A DNA stretch of 64,000 nucleotides from contig NW_024704807.1 in the NCBI RefSeq assembly GCF_018977255.1, positions 124,001 through 188,000 of the forward strand, given 5' to 3'. The notes beneath the pieces are model-generated. The model saw only the letters and a program-made list of their open reading frames with translations, was not told where the DNA came from and did no database searches. The translations under genes and the position numbers were made by a program. Source of the stretch: Callorhinchus milii. Lineage: Eukaryota. Shown piece by piece: positions 25,510 through 38,684 of this stretch (within the stretch, counting starts at the first letter, position 1; each line of letters opens with the position of its first letter).

Positions 25510-25710
25510 CCAAATGTATATGTGCTGTAGCTACAATCCATCAGCAGATGGCGCACCAAACAAACACATGGAACATGAGCTTCAATTAACATAACTTGTC
25601 ACGTTGCTTTCTGTCACTAACTTCCTTTGCAGCAGTAACAGGTGCTTCCTGTTGCAGTTAACAGTTTTCACTCATACACACTATTGCTGCTTCAACTGAA
25701 ATTTCCAAAT
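25510..25710 (+). promoter_or_regulatory. Conserved intergenic module 1 with CTCF-like core
   Basis: TCAGCAGATGGCGC at 25541-25554. Confidence 0.55.
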
Positions 25711-26859
25711 ATTTGCCTAAAGTATTCACACAAGGCTTAGGTTGATGAAGAAACAATTTCTATGCCGCATGCTGAATATTATTGCCTTCATCCCAAATAG
25801 CAGCCGCTAATAAATAGTTTTATCTTCGGCAAAACAATTCGCTCTTGAAAGTTGTAACCGTAACGGCTTCAGTCGCCCTTTCAGGCAACGCGTTCAAGAT
25901 CGGAATAACTTGCTGTGTGAAAAAANTATACGTCTCCACTCCTCAATGTTTGGTCAGGTAACTACATTAAACGTGAGCATTAAGCTACTTAATAGGTATA
26001 TAACTGTATAATAAAAACATTGATATTTCATCCCGCAACTGACATATTGAAATGCGACTGAAAAGATCACTGTGTAATATGTATTGGATTATTTTATTCT
26101 GTTCTGGGCTGACACTCTAGAGCAGACCTGGCTGTCTTTATTGTCGGTGAAGCTCGTCCTACCGAGTTAATATTAAACCCAGGTCCAGGCGGCTTGTTTG
26201 AAGGGACTATGAAAATGCCATTGCACTGCTCGAGAAATAACCAGGTTTCTACCGCTGTCTGGGCAGACTTGCATCTATAAAATTCATCCTTCATTCATAG
26301 CTGTTTGCGGGACAGTGTTGTGCACAAATCGGGTGCCAAGTTGATAAACACGCTGTCTCTGTACTCGACATTAAAACCAGCAAGGAGTTTTGTGGCGTAT
26401 TGACAAAATGACAAGGCTGTATATGATAAAAGCATTTCTCAAACACGGTTAATGAACACAAATGTAAGGGTATGTCTTATTCAACACTGTGATAATAACG
26501 ATAATAATAACAAAGATTGCATTTGATATACTGCCATATTATGTCATTGAGATGTCTGAAACCTCTTCACAGAATACCCTGGAAAGTTGAGTGACAATAT
26601 TGTATGATGCCAATTGTGTACAGCAGTGTCCCACAAAATGTTGTGGTTTGAGTTGCCTTACTTTGCGGCACTGTGGGAGATTGTGGGGTGTGGGGTGGAG
26701 GGGCGGAGGGGTTGGATGGGTCGTTAGATTGTAATGGGGGGAAGGACAAACTTGGTAGCCAACTGTATAAAACAGTGGCCCATACATTGTTGTGGATTGA
26801 GTGACTTGATTGTGTGGCACTGTGTGTGTTTGTGTGGGGGGAGTGGAGGAGGCGGGGCG

Positions 26860-27260
26860 CTGTGTGGGCGGGGCGCTGCGATGTAACGGCAGTGATTGGG
26901 TGATGCGTCTCAGTGCGGTCGGGGCAGCGACTGAGTGACGTAGCTCTGTGGACGTGGCAGAGGCTATGTGGGCGGGGCTCTGTGTGGGCGGGGCGCTGTC
27001 CATTAGCGGCATTGATTCGGCGATGCGGCTCAGTGCAGGCAGGGCAGTGACTGAGTGACCTACCTTTGTGGGCGTGGCAGTGGCTGTGTGGGCGGGGCTC
27101 AGTGCGGGCGGGGCAGTGGCTGATTAACGTAGCACTGTGGGCGTGGCAGTTGCTGTGTGGGCGTGGATCTGTGTGGGCGGGGCAGTGACTGAGTGACGTG
27201 GCTCTGTGGGCGTGACAGTGGCTGTGTGGGCGGGGCTCTGTGTGGGCGGGGCTGTAACTG
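26860..27260 (+). repeat. GC-box/CRE-like minisatellite at a family E promoter
   Basis: About 8 GGGCGG motifs in TGTGGGCGGGGC units interleaved with CTGAGTGACG(T); ends ~70 bp before the ATG at 27333. Confidence 0.8.
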
Positions 27261-27332
27261 TGTGGCTGCTGAGCCCAAAAGCCCCATCAATCCACATTGG
27301 GGAGTTAATGTCAGACACGGGATCAGGTGCTC

Positions 27333-28104
27333 ATGTGGGAGATATATGCTGTGCTCTCAATCACTCTCAGCTTACTTTGCCGTTAGTATCTTTTGTATAT
27401 ATTTTTTAATATCTTGTTTTACCTTTTACAACATTATAGTATTAATAATCGTTTGATTATATATTGTGCCTTTCCATATATTCGAGACGATTGTCAGCAG
27501 CACTTTTGATCAAACAGTCATTGATTGAGTGTCCAAATTGTTATCTATTTTATTATTGATTTATTATTTAAGTGTTAATTACCCCTGGAAAAGAGAGATG
27601 CCATTCAACAAACAACCTTGATCCTATTTACTGCTTATTAAACAGCGGTGTATGGACCAAGAAAATTGTCTGAAGTTTCGCTGTGCCCTGATTCAAAAGC
27701 CAGATAACTCTTGCTTCTGAGGCGAATGCTCTCACCAATACGTTACAGTCTCCACATTAGACAAACTTGCTGCTCAACAATATGTTCTTTTAAATCACAG
27801 GAAACAGCCTGCAAGATATTGGGAATCAACCGATTGCTGAAATAACAGTTGAAGAGGGAAAAGATGTGAAATTATCCTGCGCCTTACAGAAAATCAGTGA
27901 TACCTCCTATCTCTATTGGTATAGACAAGTTTCCAGGAACGCTCCTGTCTACATTCTTCTGTCTGTTGCAGGGAAGGATAATAAGAGCCCTGACTTCCAA
28001 CAACGATTTTCCTCCAAAGTCGATAAAACGAAAGAAGATTTCAAACTGAGTATTGCCACCGTCCTGATCGGGGACAGTGCCGTGTATTACTGCGCCAACG
28101 AGCC
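27333..28104 (+). CDS. TRAV: TCR alpha/delta V segment, family E, intact
   Basis: Leader 27333-27381 (MWEIYAVLSITLSLLC, donor GTTAGT); V exon 27801-28104 ending YYCANEP; RSS CACACTG 28105-28111, 23 bp, ATAAAAACT 28135-28143. Confidence 0.9.
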
Positions 28105-29923
28105 CACACTGCTTCCGTGGTGTGGCGACTCCGTATAAAAACTGCAACTGGTTCATTTGCTGCTGAACAGCGAGGCGGAACCATTGCATCAAGTAAAATT
28201 AAAACAGCATTTATATCTGTTGACTTATATAGTCCAGTGCTATATTGGTTTGACCTGAGCTAATTCAGCTCGCAAGCGTGAAGACTTGGGTTGGATTCCC
28301 GGGTGGGACAAAACATTGGGCAAATTTCTTTGCTCCACACACATTCCTCTGCCTTCCTATCAGTTGTAGGAACACGGTTGGCATTCCATCAGCGTAACGC
28401 TTTTCCAGGAGTAACAATTCCTTAAAAATTATAACAACAGTTTGGTAGCTCAATCGTTTACTCTTTGTGTGCAATAGACTGCCACGTTTCAACTGTCACA
28501 ATCACAATATCGTTGCTACACATAATATAATATAACATAATTGTTATTTTGCCTCTGTCTTTCTCGCAGACGCAGGAACACGGTTGGTAGTCTCTTCGCT
28601 GATCGCTTTTCCAGAATTAATAATCCCTTAAAAAAATAACAGCAAGTTGGTCACTGAAAATATGAATACTCGTGTGCAGCAGACGACCCGCTTCGCCCCC
28701 AGTAATCTCTGTACATCATAATGCTGCACATTAAATTCTGCGAAAAGCTTTCTGTCGTCCCAATGGCACTATACGGCGCTTTATCAAAGGCAATCATTAC
28801 TGTAATCATCATTGTTAATTTGGGTTAAGTGTAACAATTATAGTGAGGTGTTTAACCACTGGGTGTCGCTGATATTTTGTGGAGACACCACAGGCTGAAA
28901 AGGTTGTGATGAGTGGTTCAACAACGCATTATCGTGCAATTCAATCGTACTCAGAAGCTTGTCAACCTCGTCCGTTTCCTTGGTTTATACTTTCCATTCA
29001 GAAGGACAGATGTACACGAAATATAGAGAGTCGGTATCACAGTTTTTTACAACGTGTAGGATATCAGTCCGCACAATGTAAGCGAGCATCAGGAATCTGT
29101 GACTGTTCTTCTCCCACGATTAATGGAAAACATCTTCCTTATATCCTAATCTATCTTAGATTTGGTTTCTACGGAACCCTAGGAACCTATTGATCTCATT
29201 CGCTTAATCACAAAGGTCCTGATACACTATTCTTGCAATTCGCCAAGCTATCAAGATCTGGGCTCATTCCTCAGGACATCTGGACGTATAGCTCAGTGGT
29301 TAGAGCACTCGCCTCGCAAGGAGACATATGTTCGACTCTTATTCGGGCAAAATTTTTTGGCACTTATCCTTACTCCACACGGTTTGGCTTAACATTGCAG
29401 TAAATAGTAACCCGGTTGCTACTCAGATGGCTGATAGATTTCAGTGGTAACATTCCCCCAAAAAGGGCTAAATAAGTCATTCAAGCCACAAATATTTGTG
29501 GGCGACGTATGTGCGTAATGATCTGCCGCACTGTCCTACAACTTATGCCGTCAATTGACTTTGCAGTATACTGCATGTAGCGCTTTGAGACGTCTCAATG
29601 ACGTGATAAGGCGTTGTATGAAAAGCAAGCAAGGGTTATTGTTATTTTTACCTTTATCTGCTTCAATCTTTGTAACTCGCTTCCTCTTCACTGTCTCTTT
29701 CACACATTGCTGTGGTTTGCCTCTGCGAGGCGGAGGGAATCTGAACTTAAAAGATAGGAGGAGTCGCAATACATCTCCAGCAATGAACAGAGACAGAGTA
29801 ATGACGCGGGGATAAGAGTCAACGTCTCAAGTGAACCAACGTTTATCCATCAGACGCTGACTTTAGATGATTTCTGGTTGCAATTCATCCGGATACATTG
29901 ACGTGAATCGAAGGGAGTCGAGA

Positions 29924-30382
29924 ATGAAGCAGATTTTCAGCGCAACGTATATTATTTTGAATTTAACAATAAAGCTTTGCTGTAAGTAGTGCATGAATTT
30001 GGATCAACAAATTCTTTTTTACCTGCTAAATAATTACAGTTTATCGCGCCAGACACTATCTTAATTCCTTTGCGAGTATGTTCATTTATATTATCTTTCC
30101 AGGTGTATTGGCTGAAAGTGACGTTTCACAGTCACCTCAGGTCGTGACAGGGAATGAAAATGGAAACGTATCTATGGAGTGCAACACCACTGTGTCCGGC
30201 CCAACCTTTCATTGGTACACACAGTATGGAAACGGTTCCATCCGGTTCTTGGTTTTGGGAACAAAAGACATCAATGTGAAGGACAGGATAAGCGCTTTGG
30301 CTAATACAAGACAGAGAAACTGCACTCTAACAATCCAAGACCTGCGAGTGTCAGACACCGCCACTTACTTCTGTGCGGAAGG
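29924..30382 (+). CDS. TRAV: TCR alpha/delta V segment, family A, intact
   Basis: Leader 29924-29981; V exon 30103-30382 ending YFCAEG; RSS CACAGTG 30383-30389, 23 bp, ACAAAAACA 30413-30421. Confidence 0.93.
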
Positions 30383-31219
30383 CACAGTGCTGTGTGTCTA
30401 AGAGGTACCTGTACAAAAACATGTTGGTTTTACTGCAACTCAACGGTTAGAGCACTCGCTTCGCAAACGAAATAATTGGGTTCAATACCGGGCAGTGCCA
30501 AATGTTGGCCAAGTTTCGTTACTCCACATGCGTCTGTCTATCCAGCAGTAAGTCGGAATATGGTTGTTAGTTGATTGACCGATCGTTTTTCCGATGGTGA
30601 TAATTCCTATAAAGAGAGAAAAAATTTCAATGCACAACTGTGTGTGGGACACTGCTACGCGCAAACGGCTGCGACATTTCGCCGTTAACATAAACAGTCA
30701 ACTTACTTCACCGTACAACCTACCAAATGCTATGTGTCATCGAATAGGTGATGAAGCGCTGTATTAAATGCAAAGATCCTTATTATTTTTAATGGTTTAC
30801 TGAGGCGGAACGAGGAACCCGATTCACAGCAGTTTGGATGATCTCTTTTTTCGGGTGTAATAATCCATCAACAAAATGGATCACTCGATCAAAGACTGTT
30901 TGAGAGACGCTGCACTATGCACTTGGCTGCCGGGTGTTGTCCACAAAATACACTGTCGATGCACTTTACACGGTACCCTCGGAGGACCGTACAGTCGACT
31001 CGGACAAGTGGTAAATCGTTATGTTAATTACTTTTATTATAACCCAAAGGTTGGTTTAGATAATCATATGCATGGAAATGGTTTCCACATATGTCAGACA
31101 CCAGTTTAACAAAAATACATGATTATGTATGTAGGATCATTCCGCGAAATAAATCGTAAAACACAGTAACTTGAAGAAATGAGTTATCGTAGAAAACTTG
31201 TACTTTGTACCCAAACTGC

Positions 31220-31460
31220 TGAAACCCAGATGCATAGAGCGGAAAGTGACGGAAGGGAAACTTTCAAATAATTGGGGCAGAGACATCTGAGAAACTGCTG
31301 ACTTCACGTGGCTCCTCGCCTTTCGCTTTGAACCCTCTCAATGGCTCGTTTCACCTCGTTATCAAATTGACAGCTGCCCCCGGGGATGTGATGGCAGCAC
31401 ACATTAGACTTGTGTCTCTAGCCGTCTGCACACACTCAAGGCTTCCACTGAATACACCGT
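31220..31460 (+). other. Conserved intergenic module 2
   Basis: Homologous to 21030-21270; retains CACGTG. Confidence 0.55.
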
Positions 31461-31889
31461 CCTGCCTTCTGGTGATTGTCTATAACACAATAATCCTTGA
31501 CATTTAGTAGAGCGAATAATTTCGCCTCTGAGATGTCTCAATGCGCTTCACAGAATATACTGTAACATAGAGTGACTGTGCATTTTGAAGACGAAATGCG
31601 TAAATGCATTAAAAATGCGTGTAACTTGCTTCGGGTTTCAGACACCCGATTGAGCACAGCACATCACTGCTGGAAGAGAACCAATCAAAGAGTGAGACGG
31701 CAGAGCAGAGAACATGACGCAGAGACTCAAGATTCTTACGTAAACCTCAGACCTGATCCCTCACAGTATAGGGTAACTTCGGTAGATTACTTCCTGTTCA
31801 GTGCTCCTCACTATATCTTACTCTCTGCCAGCCAACATTCTCCAACTAAACCATTATCGTTCTCTCAACGTCCGTGACATTAAATGCAC

Positions 31890-33015
31890 ATGATAATGTA
31901 TATCTGTGTGGTAGCAGCTATCATTGCCTTGTCAGGTAAGCCATAAAATCATTCTATCATTCTATTTCCTGCACATATTATCAAATGCTTATGTTTTATT
32001 TAAGGATTTTATGAAATACTCTACCGTAGAAGGCTGTAGATGCTCAGTCCATGTGCAGATTCAAGGCTGCGATTGAGAGATTTCTAAAGGATGGAGGGAT
32101 TAAGGGACATGGGGCAAAAGCGAGCAGATGGAGTTAGGTTAGAAGATGAGCCATGTTATTATTGAATGGCGAGGCAGGCTCGAGGGACCGGAAGGCCTAT
32201 TCCTGCTCCTAATTCCTATGTTCCTATGTTTTTCTGTTTATTGCATAAAAAGCCAATACGGTCCATGCCTCATGGAGACATCTAGCTCAACGGATAGCGA
32301 ACTGGCCTCGCAAGCGAAAGGATCTGGGTCCCGATTCCCGGACAGACAGGGCGTAACCTTATGAATTTTTCCATACACCACAAATACACACCTCTGTTTA
32401 CCTTGCAGTCAGTTGGTAGCCGTTTGTTAAGCGATTGTTGGATCACATTTCGACGGCAAATCACCCTTTAGAAAAACATATACTGATAATAACATTAAGA
32501 ATGCTGAAATTTATTCAATAGCTATTTTGGGGAGAATGTTGTGCGCAATTAACTGCCACGTATCGCCCACAAACTACAAAGCAGATGTATATTCTGTGAA
32601 GCATTTGCAGATGTCTCAACCAAGTGATAAGCGGTTATGTCAAATCCAATTATTATTTTTATTATTATTGCTGTTGAACTCTGATATCTGTCTACTTCGC
32701 AGGACATTGTGGAGGAGATTCTGTGACGCAGCGCCAATCTACTGTGATAACGAATGAAGGGGATGATGTTTATCTGCAGTGTAATTACACAACAACACGC
32801 ATCAACACTCCCTATCTGTTCTGGTACCGTCACTATCCCAACAATGCTCCAGAATATATCCTGAGCACAGACACCAAAAACAGGATCAAGGACCACGCGG
32901 ACTTCGCAAAAGAACGTTTCTCAACGAATGTGTCTGAAGTGGAGAGAACCGTCCCATTAAATATAATCCAAGTGAGAGTTACAGACTCCGCGGGATATTA
33001 CTGTGCACTGAGCCC
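31890..33015 (+). CDS. TRAV: TCR alpha/delta V segment, family B, intact
   Basis: Leader 31890-31935; V exon 32703-33015; variant RSS CACAGAG 33016-33022, 23 bp, ACAAGAACT 33046-33054. Confidence 0.9.
32001..32230 (+). mobile_element. 5'-truncated CR1 LINE 3' end inserted in a V intron
   Basis: Ends GAATGGCGAGGCAGGCTCGAGGGACCGGAAGGCCTATTCCTGCTCCTAATTCCTATGTTCCTATG, a CR1-type 3' terminus; absent from the paralogous intron at 17012-17534. Confidence 0.75.
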
Positions 33016-33384
33016 CACAGAGGTACAGATCAGCGATTCTGCCCGACAAGAACTGCCTGTAGCTAAATGTTTATAGCACTCGCATCGAAAGCAACCAAGC
33101 AAGCAAGATACGTGGGTTCGATTCACGGCAAAGTGTTTTGTGGCGTTTCGAAGATCTGATTGTGCACTGTATTAAATGCAACGATACTTATTATTATTAA
33201 GTACGATCATGTTATTTTCACATAAGTAACTTCATATATTTTGCATTCTGCGGAGAACTGCACATGGAATTGTCTTCCTCTGATATTTGAATAAGTAGGA
33301 ATAAATAAGAAATATTAACTTGCATTTACGTAGCGACACTCATAACGGGAAAGCTATGATGGGCCGAAATCAATTCGCTATCAA

Positions 33385-33570
33385 CTGTCTCCAAACCTAC
33401 ATGTGCTGTAGCTGCAATCCACCAGCACTAAAATCACACATAACATGAGCAGCGACTGACATAACTTGTCATGTTCCTTTCTGTAAGTACGTTCATTGGC
33501 AGCAATAACAGGTGCTTCCTGTTACAGTTCACATAGTTCACTAATATACACTGTTGCTGCTTCAGCTGAC
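33385..33570 (+). promoter_or_regulatory. Conserved intergenic module 1 (CTCF-like core deleted)
   Basis: Module body matches, but the core reads CCAGCACTAAA and lacks GATGGCG. Confidence 0.5.
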
Positions 33571-34817
33571 ATTTAAAAAACATGATTATCACAAAACTTA
33601 GCTGGTGCAAGAAACATTATTTGTGTCAATTTTTATGTTTACTATCTGTCCCCCCAAAAAGGCAGCCACCTTTATGTGGATCTCACGACGGTAACAAAGG
33701 TAGTACATTTTGATATGAGCAATATCGTCATTTATATTGGTTTAATTGGAAAAATAATATAATAATAATAAACTTTGCATTTGATATAGCGATTTTCACG
33801 TCGGGAGGACGCCCCATAGCGCTTCACAGAACACACTGTAAAGTGAATTGACTGTATATTTGTGTGCGAGCGCGGCAGTCAATTGCGCACAGCAATGTCC
33901 CACAAACAGTCGTAGATTGAAAATGACCAACTTATTATCGTTTTTGGTTTTGGAGGTGTTAAAACTGACCTATTTAAACTTAATGGAATAACTGAAGAAT
34001 TGTCTTGGATATAATGTGAGCTCAAACTGCAGAACTGGGTCCAGAACCAACAACATTCAGAATCACAAGTGAAATTACGAGTAACAGAGAGAGATTATCT
34101 CTTCAGCCTTAATGATAGAAAATAAAACGTTATTTTCTTAAGCTAGGCTGCATGGTTCAAAATAAACCAAATGAATGCGTTTATAAAAATAAAGAAAATA
34201 ATAAGCAGCTTTACGTTTGATATAGCGCCTTATCGTGTCATGGGGCCGTGTGACAGTGCTTCACAGCGTATACATTAAAGAAAATTGTGAACGGGTGAAA
34301 CGCGACTACTCACACCCTAGCCCAGATCCATTGGCTTCCAATCCGCGGCAGATCAATTTGACGATCCTCATAAGAGAAAGTAACAACAACAGATGAAGGT
34401 TGTCACTCAGCCTTGAAGAAAGAAGTTGACACTTGAGATGAGGTTGTATGGGTCATCGATTCATCAAATAAATGCATTCATTATAACATTTAAAATAAAA
34501 ATAAGGTTTTAATTTGATGTCGTGCTGGATCACGTCTTGGAGATATCACAAAGCGTTTCACATACTACACTATAAAGGTAATTGTTAGGGGTTGAAACGT
34601 TCGTCAACGTTCCCATCCAAGCCCAGACCCAATGGCTCCCAATCGCCAGCAGATCAAGTTCAAGATTCTCTGGTTAGTGGGAAATGCCTACAATTGGAGA
34701 CGATAAACCACTGAACCCGTCACGTCAGCCGCTTCCTCACAACTTGTCACTGAAGCAGCGACACAGCGATATACAAAGCAATTGAGTCCATTATCGGTCC
34801 ACACGTCAGCAGCCAAC

Positions 34818-35631
34818 ATGACAGCTCTCTTCCAGTTACTGATAGCAATCCTCACCATAGCCAGTAAGTATGTGTGGACATGCCCAGCGCATGATTTGTA
34901 CACTATAAAATATCAGTTGCTTAATATTTAGAGCAATCGGCTTGCAAGCGAACGGACCTGTGTTCGTTTCTCGGGCAATCGAAACTTTTAATAAGTTTCA
35001 CGCTTCTCTTTTTATTGGGAAACCGATTGTTCGTCGATTAGCGAATCGCTATCCGAGGGTAACAACCCATTAAAAAAAAATCAATTAACTGTAATCAGAT
35101 CATTCAATCTATGATCTGTTGTTAATGTTGTTGGACAATGCTGTGTTTACTTAGCTGTTCAGTTTCGTCTAAAATATTTAGTCAATTCGGTTTACAATGT
35201 ATTCTCTGGGCTCTTTGAGACATAAACTGCGTGATAAGGCGCTATATAAATAGAATAATTATCAACAGTACAACTCATTGAAATATCACTTAAATTTGCT
35301 CAGCAAAATGTGTTGTTTTTGCTGTTCTTGTAGAAGTCGGCGGACAAGAGGTTGTATCACAATATCCTCCGGAGGTAACAGATTTTGAAGGAAAAGACGT
35401 GACACTAAAATGTAATATTTCAAGGTTGGACACTGCCTTCTGGTACAGGCAATATCCCGATGGAAACCTTCAGTACTTGTTCAGGATATATGGCTCTGGA
35501 AAGGTGGACAAAACTCCTGATCTACCGGAACGTTTCACAGCCGAGCAGATCAAGGAGAATAAAGTAATTAAGATGCAGATATACGGGGCTGTTATGGGTG
35601 ACAGCGCTGTGTATCACTGTGCCCTAAACCC
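34818..35631 (+). CDS. TRAV: TCR alpha/delta V segment, family D, intact
   Basis: Leader 34818-34863; V exon 35334-35631 ending VYHCALNP; RSS CACACTG 35632-35638, 23 bp, ACAAAAACT 35662-35670. Confidence 0.92.
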
Positions 35632-37044
35632 CACACTGCTACAGGAAGGCAGATACCCCGTACAAAAACTCAGCAGACAATAATATCTTGCTCTCACACA
35701 TTTAACATGTGCTTTAAACAGACTGAAATATGCAATTAAAACAGGGAGATTGGTGTAGCTCTGTGTTTATAGCACTTGCCTCACAATCGACAGACGTGGG
35801 TTTATTGCCAAGAGAACTGATCATGGTGCAACTTTCCTTATTCCACCTTCCCGTCTCTGTTTACCATCAGAAAGTAGGAAGCAGGTTGTCAATCGATTGG
35901 CCGATCGATTTTCCAGAGTTAATAATTCCTTCAGAATAATCGTGTTAATAGTAAATTGTTCACTTCATCCAATGGGACACCGATATTTACAATTTGCTGC
36001 CGTGCTTGGCCCTCACAATATGCAGTCAATTGATTGACTGTATATTGAAGGAAGCACTGTAGTGGCGTCTCGAAGATGTGATATGGCGCTGTATCAAATG
36101 CAACTATTATTTTTCTTGTTATTAACTGTAGTCATGTTATCATTCCAGTAATAATAAAAAAATGTCTTGCATTCTGCGGAGCGCTGCCATGTGCAATATT
36201 CTTACTATGCTGCATTAGTAAGTAAGAAAACATCAAAACAAACAATTTCCATTTATATTGCTGACACAGAAACTATTTTCTCTATCTATAGAGAAACTGC
36301 TTCTTCTGGTGGTTGGCGGCATGCAGAATGAGGTTGCATCGGAGCCAGTCCAGTTCGCAGAAAAAAATTTCAGGAAAAAATTCAAGAAATCTGGAAAACT
36401 TCCACAAAGATGCTGCAGAGATTGATTCCATTCATGTTTCCCAGACTGAGATGGATACATTTATTTTAGCTCAGAATTTCAAGGAATACGGAGAAAAGGT
36501 TGCAATGTGTGTTGAGAGATAAATCAGCCATGATGTAATGTAACGTTGGAACAGGCTCAAGGAGCTGATGGTCTGCTCCTATTACTATTTAGCGCTTTAC
36601 ACGTTGGGGAGCGTCTTGGTGAATCAAAAAAGAAAGAAACCAATTTGGGGAATTTACGTTAAAGAAGGATGAATTTTAACTTTCATTTTAAGTTTATTGA
36701 GCACATTTGCCTCGGGACGTCCGCCTGACACGAACGGACTTACCTGAATGCCCCTCTGATGTTACTCTGTTTTAAAATGCTATACGTCAGCGAAGTGTTC
36801 AGTCAAATAATCTAATCGATGAAGTAAAAAGTTAGTGAATTGAATTAAATTGGGGGAGCAAGTGTTTGCACAGAGACACGTCAAATTAAGGAAATGTGAA
36901 TGACATCGAATGGTCGAATGCTCCAGGGAAGACCAGAAAATATGAGGAACGAGAGGGGAGATGAGACTAATGTATACAATTTCAGTGGAGAAACAGCACC
37001 AGGGAAAGTCAAGTCGGGACCATAGCAAATATGCTTCGAACCCT

Positions 37045-37240
37045 CTCCAATTGCAAACGTGCTGTAGCTACAATCTACCAGCAGATGGCGGACTAAAGAA
37101 ACACATGCAACATGAGCTGCAACTTACATGACTTGTCACGCTCCATTCGGTAACTAGTTTCCTTTGCAGCAGTAACAGGTGCTTCCTGTTGTGCTTGACA
37201 TAGTTCACTCATATACACTATTGCTGCTTCAAATGTAATT
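37045..37240 (+). promoter_or_regulatory. Conserved intergenic module 1 with CTCF-like core
   Basis: CCAGCAGATGGCGG at 37078-37091. Confidence 0.55.
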
Positions 37241-38387
37241 TACAAATGTTGTCTAAAGTATTAACACAAGGCTTAGGTTTCTCAGGAAATAATTTCTATC
37301 TCACATATTTTATATTGTGCCCTTTTCACAAATAGCAGCCGCTGTTAAGTTGTATTCTCCACTGTATTGCAATTCTCTCTTGAAAGTTGTTATATTATCG
37401 GCTTCTGCCACCCTTTCAGGCAATGCATTATAGATCAGAACCACTCGCTGTGTGAAAAAAATGCTTCTCCTCTCCTCAATGCTTATTCAGGCTACTACAC
37501 TAAACGTGAATATTAAGCTATTTAATACGTTTATTACCATATAATTAAAATATACTTTGATATTTCATCCCGCAACTGAAACATTGAAAAGCCACCGAAG
37601 TGCTCACTGTGTAATACATATTGGATTATGTTCTGATGTTCTGGGCTGACACTCTAGGGCAGGCCTGGCTGTCTGTATTGTCGGTGAAGCTTGTCCTACC
37701 GAGGAGATACTAAACCGAGGTCCAGACATCTTGCCTGATGGGACTATAATGATGCCATAGCACTGCTCGAGAAAGGACAAGGTTTCTACCGATGTCTGGA
37801 CAGATTTTCTATCGGTAAAATTCGTCTTTCATTCATAACTGTTTGTGGAACATTGTTGTACACAAATTGGAGGCCACGTTGACAAACAATCTGCCTCTGT
37901 ATTCGACATTAAAACCTGCGAGGAGGTTTGAGGCGAATCTACGAAATGACAAGACTGTGATCGATGAAAGCGTTTCTCAAACACGAATAATCAACACAAT
38001 TGTAAGGTCATGTATTATTCAATATTGTAACAATATCGATAATAATAACAAAGGTTGCATTTGCTATACTGCCATATTAAGTCATTGAGACGTCTCAAAG
38101 ATCGTCACAGAATATACCGAAAAGTGGAGTACTATATTCTTTTATGCCAATTGTGTACAGCTGTGTACCACAAAAAGTTGTGGGTTGAGTTGCCTTATTT
38201 TATGGCACTGTGTGTGTGGCAGTGTGTGGGGGGTGAGGTAGAGCGGGGGATTGGGTAGTCATGGGCGTTAGATTGTATTGTGTGGGACAAACGTGGTAGC
38301 TAACTGTGTAAAAGATCGGCCCACAAAAATTTGTGGATTGAGTGACCTGATTTTGTGGCACTGTGTGTGTTTGTGTGGGGGAGGGGA

Positions 38388-38610
38388 GGGGGCGGGGCGC
38401 TGTGTGGGCGGGGCGTTGTAATGCAACGGCAGTGATTGGGCGATGCGGCTCAGTGCGGGCGGAGCAGAGTCTGAGTGACGTATTTCTGTGGGCGTGGCAG
38501 TGGCTGTGTGGGCGTGGCTCTGTGAGGGCGGGACAGTGACTGAGTGACGTAGCTCTGTGGGCGTGACAGTGGCTGTGTGGGCGGGGCTCTGTGTGGGCGG
38601 GGCTGTGACT
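38388..38610 (+). repeat. GC-box/CRE-like minisatellite at a family E promoter (shorter copy)
   Basis: Same units as 26860-27260, with fewer copies. Confidence 0.8.
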
Positions 38611-38684
38611 GTGTGGCTACTGAGCCCAAAAGCCCCATCAATCCACATTGGGGAGTTAATGTCAGACACGGGATCAGGATGCTC

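Noticed and set aside
26539-27456. ORFs over the GC minisatellite (also 38268-38865)
   Set aside because: Repeat-derived; the real coding start is the leader at 27333 or 38685.
29281-29350. tRNA-Ala-like sequences (many copies) as real tRNA genes
   Set aside because: They continue into a common SINE body and L2-like tail, and the acceptor stems are degenerate.
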